From NCBI GenBank assembly GCA_963749085.1, contig CAVVLG010000003.1:219380-283379 (forward strand): a stretch of 64,000 nucleotides of DNA, written 5' to 3'. How positions within the stretch are numbered: the stretch's first letter is position 1; each line of letters begins with the position of its first letter. The position numbers were made by a program, and so were the translations under genes. This document shows positions 9,467-20,030 of this stretch, in pieces. The notes beneath the pieces were generated by a model, which saw nothing but the letters and a program-made list of their open reading frames with translations, searched no databases and was not told the origin of the DNA. This stretch comes from Candidatus Adlerbacteria bacterium (GTDB lineage: Bacteria > Patescibacteriota > Minisyncoccia > Phycocordibacterales > SBAW01).

Positions 9467-9853
9467 GTGGCAGACATAAGTCCTTTTTGCTATGCTCACT
9501 CCAGAGGTTTCAAAGAGGGAGGCGGCTATGGAGCGGAACTACTTTCAGGTTTGTGTTGGCGTGCGCCTATGAGCAAGAGGTCGTGTGACTACTGCAGCAA
9601 GACCCGCGAGGGCGGACTACACGATCCAGATAAACCGCACGACGCGTATTGTTTGAGCGCGGTACGGATCGAAGTTATCTCATTCTGGCGTGCAGGGTGG
9701 ACAGGCAGTCCTTTCTCCGGCAGTACCGAAGAGGCGCAGGACGCATGGCAGAAGGGTGTACTGGCCCAGCGAAAAAAAACGGAGCAATTCTTCGTCGACG
9801 CAAGCACGGAGCAATCCGTGAATCGTTTAATCGAAATAGCACGCGCCCCCTAG
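9467..9853 (+). CDS. Hypothetical Cys-containing ORF; may not be coding
   Basis: GTG start with no clear Shine-Dalgarno. A strong hairpin-T-run terminator lies just after its stop, at 9859-9892. Confidence 0.25.
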   Translation: MADISPFCYAHSRGFKEGGGYGAELLSGLCWRAPMSKRSCDYCSKTREGGLHDPDKPHDAYCLSAVRIEVISFWRAGWTGSPFSGSTEEAQDAWQKGVLAQRKKTEQFFVDASTEQSVNRLIEIARAP

Positions 9854-9858
9854 AGGCT

Positions 9859-9892
9859 GCCCCGTTGGTCTTACCACCGGGGCTTTTATTTT
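9859..9892 (+). terminator. Rho-independent terminator
   Basis: A GCCCCG...CGGGGC stem is followed by TTTTATTTT. Confidence 0.6.
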
Positions 9893-10003
9893 CCGAATGT
9901 TTGTCGTACAGTGGAGCTGTTCTTCATTATTAGTGACTGCCCTTGGATAGGTAGGCCTGCAAACTTTCGTTTGTGACCTAAAATCTGGGGGCACAATTCC
10001 CAC

Positions 10004-12202
10004 ATGCAAAGTAAAAAATTCTCTCTCGAGATCGGCGGCAAGACTATGACCGCGGAGTTCAGCGACTTAGCCGAGCAGGCCAACGGCTCGGTTATTTTGC
10101 ACTACGGCAACACGGCGGTCCTCGCGACTGCGGTCATTTCAAGCCGAACGCGTGACGATATCGATTATTTCCCCCTCACGGTTGATTACGAAGAGCGATT
10201 TTATGCGGCCGGCGCCATTTTGGGTAGCCGTTTCATGCGCCGAGAAGGACGTCCTTCGGATGCCGCGATACTCTCCGGCCGCATCGTCGACCGCACTATC
10301 CGCCCGCTCTTTCCGCAGCACATCCGCAATGAACTGCAGGTTGTCATCACGGTGCTCGCGCTCGACGAGGAGGATCCGGATCAAGTTGCGGTCAACGCCG
10401 CGTCGCTCGCGCTCGCTACTTCTGATATTCCCTGGGGCGGTCCCGTCGCGGCCGTCCGCATCGGTCAGAAGGGAACGGGTACATTCATTATTAACCCCAC
10501 GTACAAGGAACGCGAGGAAGGGAACCTCGACATACTCGCCTGCGGCAAAGACGGCACTATCAACATGATTGAGGTCGGAGCGCACGAAGCGAGTGAGGAT
10601 ACTATCGCCCGGGGATTCACCCAGGCTATTGAAGAGCACGATAACATTCTTGTGTGGCAGAAAAGCATCATTAAGGAGATCGGGAAGCAGAAGCGCGACG
10701 CCGAGAAACCCGAGTTGCCGGTAGTACTTACCGATCTCTATGCATCTGAATTCGCGAACCGGATCACACAGACCGTTTTCTGTGGAGTAGCCGGGAAAGA
10801 CGAGATTCATCGCTTTACTGATGAGTGGCTCGAGCGTTTTAAAGAAAAAGGGGAAGAGAGCCCCGAGTTGAAAGATATCAAAACTGGCGTCGCCAGACGC
10901 TTTATCGAAGACAAGATAGACGAGGAAATACACCGTGGCGCCGTTGAGGACAACAAGCGGGCGGACAACCGGAAGATGAACGAAATCCGTCCCCTCCTCG
11001 CACAGGCAGGGGGCATGTCGCCCATGCTTCACGGATCGGGCATTTTTTACCGCGGCGGCACACATGTCTTTACCGCGCTGACCTTGGGCGGCCCGGGTGA
11101 TAGCCAGATCGTCGACACGATGGAGGAACACGACACCAAAAAAAGATTCCTGCACCACTATAACTTTCCACCGTATTCCTCTGGCGAGGTTGGCCGCATG
11201 GGCGGCATCAACCGCCGCGCCACCGGACACGGCGCGCTTGCCGAGAAGGCGCTCGCGGCCGTCATACCACCCCCGGAAAAATTTCCCTACACCATTCGGC
11301 TGGTGTCGGAGTGCCTGGCGAGCAATGGTTCGACGTCAATGGGCTCCGCCTGCGCCTCCACGCTTGCGCTTATGGACGGCGGAGTACCCATAAAAGCACC
11401 GGTGGCTGGCATTGCTATGGGACTCATGACGCACAAAGGCAAACACAAGGTACTTACTGATATCCAAGGACCTGAGGATGAGTTCGGTGGAATGGATTTC
11501 AAGGTCGCGGGCACGCGCGAAGGCGTGACAGCCATCCAGCTTGATATCAAGCTCGACGGCATTCTGATCGAAGCCCTTACTGAAGCGCTCGCGGGCGCAA
11601 AAATGGCGCGTCTGCAGATCATCGACGTCATAGAAAAAGAAATTCCAGCACCACGCGTCACCATATCCCCGCGCGCGCCTGAAATACTCACGCTCCGAGT
11701 CAAACCTGATCAAATCGGTCTCGTCATCGGCGGGGGCGGCAAAACCATCAACGGCATCAAGGATTTCTCCGGGGTGGAGGATATCACCATTGAGGACGAC
11801 GGTTCGGTATTTATCACCGGCAAAGGTGGCACCGCAACCAAAGCCAAAGAAATGATAGAGGCGCTGGTCAAGGAATATAAGCCCGGCGAAGTGTACGAGG
11901 GCATAGTGAGCAGGCTTATGGATTTCGGCGCGTTCGTGCGCATCGGTCCCGGCAAAGACGCCGAGGGATTGGTGCACGTTTCCGAAGTGGCGCCGTTTCG
12001 CATCGATAAAATTTCAAACGCGGTTTCGATAGGCGAGAAAGTTCGCGTTATGATAAAGGAGATAGACGAGAAGGGGCGGATTAATCTCTCGATTAAAGCC
12101 GCGGACCCGGAGTTTGCCGCCCGCAAGGGCCTCCAGCCGTCATCAAACCCCAATGGACCAAGAACCGAGCGTCCCCAAAGACCTCCCCGCAGAGACTTCT
12201 AG
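10004..12202 (+). CDS. pnp: Polyribonucleotide nucleotidyltransferase (PNPase)
   Basis: Length is 732 aa. Two RNase PH-like domains, a KH domain (GLVIGGGGKTINGI) and an S1 domain (GEVYEGIVSRLMDFGAFVRI) are present. It is downstream of rpsO. Confidence 0.9.
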   Translation: MQSKKFSLEIGGKTMTAEFSDLAEQANGSVILHYGNTAVLATAVISSRTRDDIDYFPLTVDYEERFYAAGAILGSRFMRREGRPSDAAILSGRIVDRTIRPLFPQHIRNELQVVITVLALDEEDPDQVAVNAASLALATSDIPWGGPVAAVRIGQKGTGTFIINPTYKEREEGNLDILACGKDGTINMIEVGAHEASEDTIARGFTQAIEEHDNILVWQKSIIKEIGKQKRDAEKPELPVVLTDLYASEFANRITQTVFCGVAGKDEIHRFTDEWLERFKEKGEESPELKDIKTGVARRFIEDKIDEEIHRGAVEDNKRADNRKMNEIRPLLAQAGGMSPMLHGSGIFYRGGTHVFTALTLGGPGDSQIVDTMEEHDTKKRFLHHYNFPPYSSGEVGRMGGINRRATGHGALAEKALAAVIPPPEKFPYTIRLVSECLASNGSTSMGSACASTLALMDGGVPIKAPVAGIAMGLMTHKGKHKVLTDIQGPEDEFGGMDFKVAGTREGVTAIQLDIKLDGILIEALTEALAGAKMARLQIIDVIEKEIPAPRVTISPRAPEILTLRVKPDQIGLVIGGGGKTINGIKDFSGVEDITIEDDGSVFITGKGGTATKAKEMIEALVKEYKPGEVYEGIVSRLMDFGAFVRIGPGKDAEGLVHVSEVAPFRIDKISNAVSIGEKVRVMIKEIDEKGRINLSIKAADPEFAARKGLQPSSNPNGPRTERPQRPPRRDF

Positions 12203-13352
12203 AAAAGAAGTCGACATTAACAAGATCCTCCTCCCAAACAAGGAGATTCATTCGCCGGCGAGCGCGCAGCGCATAAACGCGGGGGCATTGCTCGAACAAG
12301 AACAACGGGCGGCACAAGAAGGACCGACCACGGAGGCCGCACAATCGACCGTCTCTCCTGAAGTATCTCCGCCAGCAGCTCCGGTGCTAGTCAAAAAAGA
12401 TGAGGAAGCGGTGGTCAAGCCAATTGAGACCTATAAAAGCGACATCGAGGATTTGGTAAAGGATAAAAATATCTCGGTGCTCTCGATCGCCGCCGCAGAA
12501 GCCGAGCGCCGCGCCGCCGCGGGTCCTCAGGCAAGCGCTGCGATGAGTGGCGTTGACAAGGAAGAAAAAAGACACGTTGGGATTCGTCTGCTTATGATCA
12601 TTCTTGGCGCAGTGTTAGTGATCGCGGCCGCCGGGGCGCTTCTGTACGTGTTCGGAGCTTTCACCAGTAGCCCACCGGCTCAACAAACTACTCCTCAAAC
12701 GCCATTTATACCGGTGAATGGCAGCGTAGTGGTTACCATCACCCCGGGAGAGCTCCCGAGTTCTATCCTCGCGGATTTAAACACCGCAAAAAACGGCGTC
12801 TCGTTGTCCTTGGGGCTTATGTCGCAACTCTTGGTCGAGGAATCCTCAACAACGCCAAGCGGAGGCACGGTGCTCGCACCTCTTGACGCGCCGATGTTTC
12901 TCTCGACGATCGCGCCCGATGCCCCGCAAAGTCTTCTGCTGACGCTTCAACCGCAATATTTGCTCGGCGCACACGTGTACGACGGCAACCAGGCGTTTCT
13001 CATGTTGAGCGTCGATTCCTACGAGCAGGCGTTCTCGGGGATGCTCGCATGGGAACCGACTATGCAAAGTGATCTCTCACCGCTGTTTACCTATACGCCG
13101 CCTCCTTCCATTCCTGAGCAAATCCTCACCACCTCAACGCCCACCACGCCGGAATTTTTGCAGACCGGTTTTGTCGACGATATCGTCGACAATCACGACG
13201 CGCGCGTTGTGGAGGACCGTTCCGGCACTATCGTGCTGTTGTGGACGTTCCTCGACAACGACACCATCGTCATCACCACTAATGAAGCAACCCTCAGTGA
13301 AATAATCTCCCTTCTACAGACCGCGCCCGTTAATCCCGTGCCGGGACAGTAA
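12153..13352 (+). CDS. Hypothetical single-pass membrane protein with a disordered N-terminus; start uncertain
   Basis: A TM helix IRLLMIILGAVLVIAAAGALLYVF is present. No recognisable domain. The ORF overlaps the pnp 3' end. Confidence 0.45.
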   Translation: MDQEPSVPKDLPAETSRKEVDINKILLPNKEIHSPASAQRINAGALLEQEQRAAQEGPTTEAAQSTVSPEVSPPAAPVLVKKDEEAVVKPIETYKSDIEDLVKDKNISVLSIAAAEAERRAAAGPQASAAMSGVDKEEKRHVGIRLLMIILGAVLVIAAAGALLYVFGAFTSSPPAQQTTPQTPFIPVNGSVVVTITPGELPSSILADLNTAKNGVSLSLGLMSQLLVEESSTTPSGGTVLAPLDAPMFLSTIAPDAPQSLLLTLQPQYLLGAHVYDGNQAFLMLSVDSYEQAFSGMLAWEPTMQSDLSPLFTYTPPPSIPEQILTTSTPTTPEFLQTGFVDDIVDNHDARVVEDRSGTIVLLWTFLDNDTIVITTNEATLSEIISLLQTAPVNPVPGQ

Positions 13353-13372
13353 TATACGGTATACTACCCGTC

Positions 13373-13720
13373 ATGAATATTGATCAGCATAAGAAGAAAC
13401 TGGAGGAGGAGAAAAAGCTTGTCGAGAAGGAACTTTCGGATTTGGGATGGAAGAATCCCGAGACAGGCGAATGGGACACGTCGGGTGGGGATATCGATTC
13501 CTCCGCCACCGAGCTGGATGAGCTTGCCGACCGGCAAGAAGAATATGAGGAGCGCAGTGAGGAAGTGACGCCGCTTGAGGCTCGACTGAAAGACATCAAA
13601 GACGCTCTGCAAAAAATAGAGGATGGTACGTACGGCAGGTGCGACGAATGCGGGCAGAGAATAGAAGAGAGTCGGCTTGAGATAAACCCTGCGGCGCGGA
13701 CATGCCAAAAACACCTGTAA
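13373..13720 (+). CDS. DksA/TraR-family C4-type zinc-finger protein
   Basis: A coiled-coil N-terminus and the C-terminal CDECGQRIEESRLEINPAARTC zinc finger are present. Confidence 0.7.
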   Translation: MNIDQHKKKLEEEKKLVEKELSDLGWKNPETGEWDTSGGDIDSSATELDELADRQEEYEERSEEVTPLEARLKDIKDALQKIEDGTYGRCDECGQRIEESRLEINPAARTCQKHL

Positions 13721-14334
13721 ATCCGGGTCAGTTTGATGCTTCATACCGACATCTGAAAAAGGAGAGGCGTTTAGGTCCTTTTATAAAACGGTACGGGCCC
13801 ATCGTGCACCGGCGGCGACATGCAACAGAGGCGTTCCAATCGCTTGCCGAAGCAATTATCTATCAACAGCTCTCAGGAAAAGCCGCCGCAACTATTTTGA
13901 AACGCTTCACTGCACTTTTTCCGAATAAAAAATTCCCGACGCCGGAGGAAGTGTTGAAAATCAGGGTAAAAAAATTAAGAAGCGCCGGACTCTCACATCA
14001 AAAGGCTGGCTATGTGAAGGATCTCGCACGTAAATTTAGAGACGGCAGCATACAACCAAAAAAATTCTCCTCGATGACCGATGAGGATATCATCACGCAC
14101 ATAACCGCGGTCAAAGGCATCGGCACGTGGACCGCGCACATGTTTTTGATGTTCACGCTCTCGCGCCCCGACATTTTGCCGACCGGGGACCTCGGCATAC
14201 AGAAAGGGTTCAAAAAACTGTTTAAGCTCACATCGATTCCTTCTCCCGCGCACATGGAGCGCTTAGCGTCCGCGTGGCGGGGCCACCGCACGGTCGCCTC
14301 CTTTTATCTATGGCGACTCGCGGACGAACAATAA
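13702..14334 (+). CDS. HhH-GPD base-excision DNA glycosylase (AlkA-like 3-methyladenine glycosylase II)
   Basis: The HhH-GPD region is ITAVKGIGTWTAHMFLMFTLSRPDILPTGDLGIQKGF, with the catalytic Asp in the GDLG segment. Confidence 0.7.
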   Translation: MPKTPVNPGQFDASYRHLKKERRLGPFIKRYGPIVHRRRHATEAFQSLAEAIIYQQLSGKAAATILKRFTALFPNKKFPTPEEVLKIRVKKLRSAGLSHQKAGYVKDLARKFRDGSIQPKKFSSMTDEDIITHITAVKGIGTWTAHMFLMFTLSRPDILPTGDLGIQKGFKKLFKLTSIPSPAHMERLASAWRGHRTVASFYLWRLADEQ

Positions 14335-14427
14335 GGATATTACTTTCCCGACAACCAGTTGAGCCAGTCGGGACCCACGTGGCTCGCAAACAGCTGCAGA
14401 TACGCGATAAGTTGCCAGACATTCATA

Positions 14428-15519
14428 TTAGGCATTGCACACTGGATCGCTCGTACCCAAAGGCAATTCGGCAAACGGATTTTGTGCGCCGCGGACTTCA
14501 AAGTGCACGTGCGGACCGGTCGCAAGCCCCGTCATACCCACCAAGCCTATAGTCTCTCCCTGAGACACTTGCGTGCCGGCGGATATGAGCACTCTGCTCA
14601 TATGCGCATAGAGCGTTTGGGTGTTGTTTGAATGCTGGATAACGACATAGTTGCCGTAGCCACCATTCCACGCACCGTTGTCCTTGGAAACAATGACGAT
14701 GCCGGCCGCTGCGGCATAAATGGGAGTGCCGGTGCGGGCGCCGATATCAACCGCATTCCATCCATGGAGACCCTGAGTAACCACACCAGGCCATGAGCAG
14801 CTGGTGATATTCCCCGCAAGCGGCCACTCGTAATAGTCCGCAATAGCCGGTCCGCCGCCGCCGAGATACGGCTCGGTGCTTCCTGATGCTGCTCTAAGGC
14901 CTCCAGTCGATCCGGTGGCAAGCTGAGGAGGAGGGGAGGACGCGTAACTTGGCGCAGTCGCACTCAATTCGCCATCTGGAATGATGATACTCATGCCCGG
15001 CGTGAGCGACTCATCTGGCGAGAGTCCGTTGTACTGCGCTATATCATCCGCGTTAGAGCTATAGGTGGTGGCGAGCGAGGCAAGTGTCTCGCCCTTCTGC
15101 ACCGTGTGCTCCACGCCCGTAATGGGGAGGATAATGAGGGTATCGCCCGGATGAATGACGCCGTTTGGTATGTCGTTGGCCCATATGATCGTGTTCACTG
15201 ATACCCCGAACATCTGCGCTATCTGGGAGAGCGTGTCGCCCGGGCGCACCGTATAGACGCTGACTTGTGAGGACGTCGGCCACTGCTCAATATCGGCCGA
15301 GGTACCCGAAGGTCCCTCCTGGGGCACAAGTGCCGAACCGTCAACCACCGTGATACCGCCTCCTCCAACAGGGGGGTTTGGATCCAGATTTACCGCCGCG
15401 GCAAGGAGGGGAACCGTCTGGGAGTTAAGAGTCGGGGTAGCATCTGAGGAGGTTGTCTGACCAAAAAGAGAAGAGAGAAAACTGGCTTGCGCAAAGAGAG
15501 GAAAAAGAAGGATAAGCAA
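14428..15519 (-). CDS. Secreted peptidoglycan hydrolase with two LysM domains and an M23 metallopeptidase domain
   Basis: The LysM segments are YTVRPGDTLSQIAQMFGVSVNTIIWAN and HTVQKGETLASLATTYS. The M23 segment is YAHMS...GETIGLVGMTGLATGPHVHFEVR. Confidence 0.85.
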   Translation of the reverse strand: MLILLFPLFAQASFLSSLFGQTTSSDATPTLNSQTVPLLAAAVNLDPNPPVGGGGITVVDGSALVPQEGPSGTSADIEQWPTSSQVSVYTVRPGDTLSQIAQMFGVSVNTIIWANDIPNGVIHPGDTLIILPITGVEHTVQKGETLASLATTYSSNADDIAQYNGLSPDESLTPGMSIIIPDGELSATAPSYASSPPPQLATGSTGGLRAASGSTEPYLGGGGPAIADYYEWPLAGNITSCSWPGVVTQGLHGWNAVDIGARTGTPIYAAAAGIVIVSKDNGAWNGGYGNYVVIQHSNNTQTLYAHMSRVLISAGTQVSQGETIGLVGMTGLATGPHVHFEVRGAQNPFAELPLGTSDPVCNA

Positions 15520-16336
15520 CGACGCTATCCCTGCAAAGAGATTGGAAAATAAGGTCCTTTTGAGCTTCCCCGCAAAAGATGGCTTAACCGCCGGAGAAGT
15601 GTCCGAATGATGATAGTCTATAAGCCTATTTCACCTGACAGTCACTCGTTTCTCTCAATTAATGGCCCAACAGAGCCAGTTCATTGTGCCTTCACCCTGT
15701 ACTTACCCAGTGTATCGGTTGAGGAGTGAGAGTCAACTAGACAACGGACAGGGTGTGTATAACAAAATTACTGGCGCCTAAAAACTGGCCCTATATGGCG
15801 ACCATTCCTTCTATCTATCTATTGCCTAAGGAAAGTCTTTAAATCCGAGGTCTCGCAGCGGTGGTTGGTCTGGTTTTTCTTTTGTGCTGGGAGATCCACA
15901 GTGGCCATGCTTTTCAGATGACTTCAAGGAAGGCTCGGGGTAGCCGGGGCGCCAGAAGGACGTGGCTCTGGTGGCACGTGCCACGTCAGCGTGGTGTCAG
16001 GAATTCTATTCACGACATCTTGTTGTTCCTTCTGCTTTTGGAGTTCAGTGAAGTCGCTTTGAATTTGAAGTGCGGGATCTAGGTGTGTCTCCGATGTGTG
16101 CGCCGGGATGGGAGAGCTGGCGAGTGCTATTCCAAGAGCCCCGGCAGCGAGGACTCCCGATTTCTTTTTGGAAACTTTTTCGCTGCTGGATTTTGGCGCT
16201 TCAAGTGACATACGTCGTACTACTCAGTATAAGGGGTAGCACTGTTGAGGCCATGAGTACCTGTAGATAACAGTAAAACTTCCATTGCTGCCAAGGAATT
16301 ACAACAGAACGTGAGCGAAGAAGAGGAGAACATTTT

Positions 16337-18268
16337 GTGTATCCTTCCTGGTACGCTATAGTTGCTTTCGTGCAACCTTTTGAAGGTCTCAACGCCGCGC
16401 AGCAAGAGGCCGTTCGCACAACTGAGGGACCGCTCCTAGTCTTGGCAGGCGCTGGGGCAGGAAAGACCCGCGTTATCGTCGAGCGGATACTCCAGATAGT
16501 GCGTGGCGGCGTGGCCCCTGAGCACATACTTGCCATAACGTTCACGAACAAAGCGGCCGGGGAGATGCGCGAGCGGGTGCTGAAACGCCTCTCTCCCCAG
16601 GACCGAGCACCGTTCATTTCGACCTTCCACTCGCTTGGGCTTCTCATACTCAAAGAAAATTTCCGAGCGTTGGGGCTCAAGCGCCGCCCGGCCGTATACG
16701 ATCGCGCCGATTCGCTACGCACCATAAAGGAAGTTTTAAAATCACTCGGATCCGGCGGCGAAATTGAGCCGCGTGCGGCACTCAGTGGTATATCGCGGCA
16801 AAAGGGGGAAGGGGTAACAGCTGGGCAGTTTAGCGAGAGCGCTCACACACATCGAGACCGCTTTCTAGCTTCCCTCTGGCTTGCTTATGAGCGAGCGCTT
16901 TCGGAGGATAGTGCGTTGGATTTCGATGATCTTCTGTTGCGCTCGGAGAAATTTTTGCGCGAAACACCCTCCGCGCGAGACAGGTACCAACAACGATGGC
17001 AATACATCCACATAGATGAATACCAGGATACCAACCGCATTCAGGCACGACTGGCAGAACTTTTGGTCGGAGAAGGAACCCACCTATGCGCGGTCGGTGA
17101 CATCGATCAGACGATCTACAGCTGGCGAGGCGCGGACATAGCCAATATACTGTCGTTCGAGAAAAAATACGCAGGTGCGCGCGTTATCACGCTTGAAGAA
17201 AATTACCGCTCAACCAAACATATCCTCGCTGCGGCTAATGAGGTGATAGCGAAGAATGTGCATCGGCTTGAAAAAAATCTCTATACCAACAATGCCGAGG
17301 GCGAAGCGCTGTCGCTCTATCAGGCGTTCGATGAAACGGATGAAGCGAGATTCGTTGTACGAGAGATAGCCACACGTATGGCCGAAAAAAAAGCGCGCCC
17401 GAGCGATTGCTGCGTGTTGTACCGCGTGAACTTTCAGTCGCGCGCACTCGAGGAAGCGTTGCTTGCCGCGGATATACCCTACCAGGTCGTAGGCACTCGA
17501 TTTTTTGAGCGCAAAGAAGTGAAAGATATGCTTGCGTGGGTTCGTGCAGCGCTCTTTGAGACGCCGAGTGATATAGTGCGTGCGGCAGGAGTGCCCGCGC
17601 GCGGCATCGGTAAAGTGACGCTTCTTAAAATGCTTGGCGGTCGCGAGCATGAACTCAGCGGTGCTGTACAGCACAAGGTTGCGCGTTTCCATATGCTCCT
17701 CACAGCGATACGGGAAAAGGCCACGGAGCTTTCTCCCTCTAAGCTTATGCGCTTTGTGCTTGTGGAGTCTGGTATGGACCGTATGCACAAGGAAGATAAA
17801 CTTGAGGGGGAGGAGCGGCTTGAAAATATCCGTGAACTTATCTCGCTTGCTGCCCGCTATGATGCAGAGTCGGGGGATCCTGAAGAGCGTCTCCAGGAAT
17901 TTCTTGACTCGGCCGCTCTGGCAAGCGACCAGGACGAACTTAAAGACACCAACGACGCCGTGCGGCTTATGACGGTGCACGCAAGCAAGGGGCTGGAATT
18001 CTCCTATGTATTCATCACCGGCCTTGAAGAAGGGCTTTTCCCCTACGAGCGGGAGGAAGAGGGACAAGATGCGGAGGAGGAGCGGCGGCTCATGTACGTG
18101 GCGCTCACCCGCGCCCGAAAAAAAGTGTTTCTCTCCTATGCCTCGTACCGCACGGTGTTCGGATCAAAAAACGGCACGATGCCGTCTCAGTTTCTCTCCG
18201 ATATTCCGCAGGAGCTGCTTCAGTGGGAATCGCCGGAGCGCGTGGCTAAAACTATTTATCTCGAGTAA
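16337..18268 (+). CDS. UvrD/PcrA-family ATP-dependent DNA helicase
   Basis: Walker A is LAGAGAGKTRV. The DEYQDTN motif and the C-terminal VALTRARKKVFLSY motif are present. Length is 643 aa. Confidence 0.85.
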   Translation: MYPSWYAIVAFVQPFEGLNAAQQEAVRTTEGPLLVLAGAGAGKTRVIVERILQIVRGGVAPEHILAITFTNKAAGEMRERVLKRLSPQDRAPFISTFHSLGLLILKENFRALGLKRRPAVYDRADSLRTIKEVLKSLGSGGEIEPRAALSGISRQKGEGVTAGQFSESAHTHRDRFLASLWLAYERALSEDSALDFDDLLLRSEKFLRETPSARDRYQQRWQYIHIDEYQDTNRIQARLAELLVGEGTHLCAVGDIDQTIYSWRGADIANILSFEKKYAGARVITLEENYRSTKHILAAANEVIAKNVHRLEKNLYTNNAEGEALSLYQAFDETDEARFVVREIATRMAEKKARPSDCCVLYRVNFQSRALEEALLAADIPYQVVGTRFFERKEVKDMLAWVRAALFETPSDIVRAAGVPARGIGKVTLLKMLGGREHELSGAVQHKVARFHMLLTAIREKATELSPSKLMRFVLVESGMDRMHKEDKLEGEERLENIRELISLAARYDAESGDPEERLQEFLDSAALASDQDELKDTNDAVRLMTVHASKGLEFSYVFITGLEEGLFPYEREEEGQDAEEERRLMYVALTRARKKVFLSYASYRTVFGSKNGTMPSQFLSDIPQELLQWESPERVAKTIYLE

Positions 18269-18285
18269 CGTTTCTTCTGAGCAGT

Positions 18286-19059
18286 ATGCTGCGTAAAAAA
18301 TCTCTGGGCCAACATTTTTTGCACAACCCGTATTATCTGCGTCTCATCGTTGACGCCGCGCATCTGAAAGCAGGAGAGCGGGTGCTTGAAATAGGGCCTG
18401 GAGAAGGCGCACTTACCCGCGAACTTCTGAAGCGCGACGTCAACGTTATTGCCATTGAAAAAGATGCTCGTCTCATACCGATGCTGCAAGAAAAATTCCG
18501 CATTGAAATCTCAACCGGCGCATTGCTACTCGTTGAGAGTGATGCGCTTGCCTTTGCTATATCAAAATTGAAATTAAAAAAATATATCGTGGTCGCCAAT
18601 ATTCCGTACTATATTACGGGTGCACTGTTAAAAAAATTCCTTTCGGAAAAAAACCAGCCTTCGCGCATGGTACTACTGGTGCAAAAAGAAGTCGCCGAAC
18701 GAATCGCACGAAGCACAAAAGAATCCATCCTCTCCCTTTCAATAAAAGCATACGGGACAGCGCGATATGTCAAAACGGTTCCGCGCGGCGCATTTTCGCC
18801 TGTACCAAGCGTTGATTCGGCGATAATGACGGTAGAAAATATCTCGCGAAAGAATTTTGCCAACGCTCACCATGAAAAGAGATTTTTTGAAATGGTCCGT
18901 GGGGGTTTCTCCCACAAAAGAAAGTTACTTAAGCGCAATTTGGAGCGTCTGCTTGGCAAAAATTATGTGAGTATGTTGCAAATTATCGGCATACCCGACA
19001 CTGCCCGCGCCGAGGACGTATCGTTGGGACAATGGATTGCTCTCAGCAGGGAAGTATAA
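18286..19059 (+). CDS. rsmA: 16S rRNA (adenine1518/1519-N6)-dimethyltransferase RsmA/KsgA
   Basis: The N-terminus LGQHFLHNPYYLRLIV and the SAM motif VLEIGPGEGALT are present. NIPY is at the catalytic site. Confidence 0.85.
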   Translation: MLRKKSLGQHFLHNPYYLRLIVDAAHLKAGERVLEIGPGEGALTRELLKRDVNVIAIEKDARLIPMLQEKFRIEISTGALLLVESDALAFAISKLKLKKYIVVANIPYYITGALLKKFLSEKNQPSRMVLLVQKEVAERIARSTKESILSLSIKAYGTARYVKTVPRGAFSPVPSVDSAIMTVENISRKNFANAHHEKRFFEMVRGGFSHKRKLLKRNLERLLGKNYVSMLQIIGIPDTARAEDVSLGQWIALSREV

Positions 19060-19104
19060 CCACTTTGCAACATCAAATCACAAAAAAAGGCGTTATAATT
19101 AGGA

Positions 19105-20025
19105 GTGATGAACTCCCGGTCCTATCTGCCGAGCCCACAATTTACTCTGATAGCGATCTCTGTTGCACTCTCTGCGGGATTGGTAGTGGCCGCAGAATTT
19201 TTTACCCAGTCGCCCCAGCCGCAAGCGCAAATTGCAGTCGATAATTCGCAGGCCGCAAGCGACAACTCAAATTGGCAGGCGGCACTCTATGCCATAGAAG
19301 CCGAAAATGCTTCAACCTCGCTTGCCGTGCCAAGCCCTGACGCGCTCGATCAACTGCTGCAGGCGGCGCAAAGTCCCAATCTCACCGACACTATTGGCCG
19401 CACCCTGTTAATAAACATAAGCAATGCCGAATCGCAGAGCCTTGGGGATGACATCCCCACGCAAGACCAGATCGTCGCGGAGGCGGCGGCGCAAGCAGAG
19501 AATGCGGTGGCAACAACTACGGTGTATGGCTTTTCAGATCTCAACATTGTACCGACATCCAGCGATACGCTTCACGCCTATGGCAATGCCGTTATACAGA
19601 CTCTCAGTGGATACCCCAATGCCAGCGAACAGGCGACGTTTCTCGGGTTAGATGAGATAGTCGAAGGTCACGAGACCGCAGCGTCAAAAGGTCTAGCTGG
19701 TATAGGTGCTGCATACAAAGCCGCAGCAGTGGCTCTCCTCGCCGTTCCGGTGCCACAGACGCTTGCACCGCTCCACCTGGAAGTCATAAACAACTTACTC
19801 AGTACAAGCGCAACGTATGCGGATATGGAAACCATCGGTTCTGACCCGGTGCGCGGTCTTGAGGGATTCCAAACTTACGAATCACTGATGGATAATGGGG
19901 CGAACCTGTTCACAAACATTGCGCAGGAATTGTCCAGCGACGGTATACTTTTTACTAAGGACGAGCCGGGAAGCGCGTGGAGCGTTTTCCTGAACCCGAC
20001 CGGAACGCCGACATCGCCGCAATAA
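19105..20025 (+). CDS. Hypothetical secreted/membrane-anchored protein; first gene of the T4SS-like cluster
   Basis: The N-terminal hydrophobic segment is FTLIAISVALSAGLVVAAEFF. No recognisable domain. Confidence 0.45.
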   Translation: MMNSRSYLPSPQFTLIAISVALSAGLVVAAEFFTQSPQPQAQIAVDNSQAASDNSNWQAALYAIEAENASTSLAVPSPDALDQLLQAAQSPNLTDTIGRTLLINISNAESQSLGDDIPTQDQIVAEAAAQAENAVATTTVYGFSDLNIVPTSSDTLHAYGNAVIQTLSGYPNASEQATFLGLDEIVEGHETAASKGLAGIGAAYKAAAVALLAVPVPQTLAPLHLEVINNLLSTSATYADMETIGSDPVRGLEGFQTYESLMDNGANLFTNIAQELSSDGILFTKDEPGSAWSVFLNPTGTPTSPQ

Positions 20026-20030
20026 GACAC

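Noticed and set aside
10139-11230. 363-aa antisense ORF, plus other long antisense ORFs such as 17210-18067, 11336-11977 and 41974-42531.
   Set aside because: They lie wholly inside strongly supported genes (pnp, uvrD, tyrS) on the opposite strand and have low-complexity Arg/Ala-rich translations typical of shadow ORFs.
16201-16725. 174-aa minus ORF overlapping the uvrD 5' end, and the 15520-16336 gap ORFs.
   Set aside because: No Shine-Dalgarno or start support, and it overlaps a confident helicase start. The 95-aa ORF 15924-16211 has a signal-like stretch, but the evidence is too weak to call.
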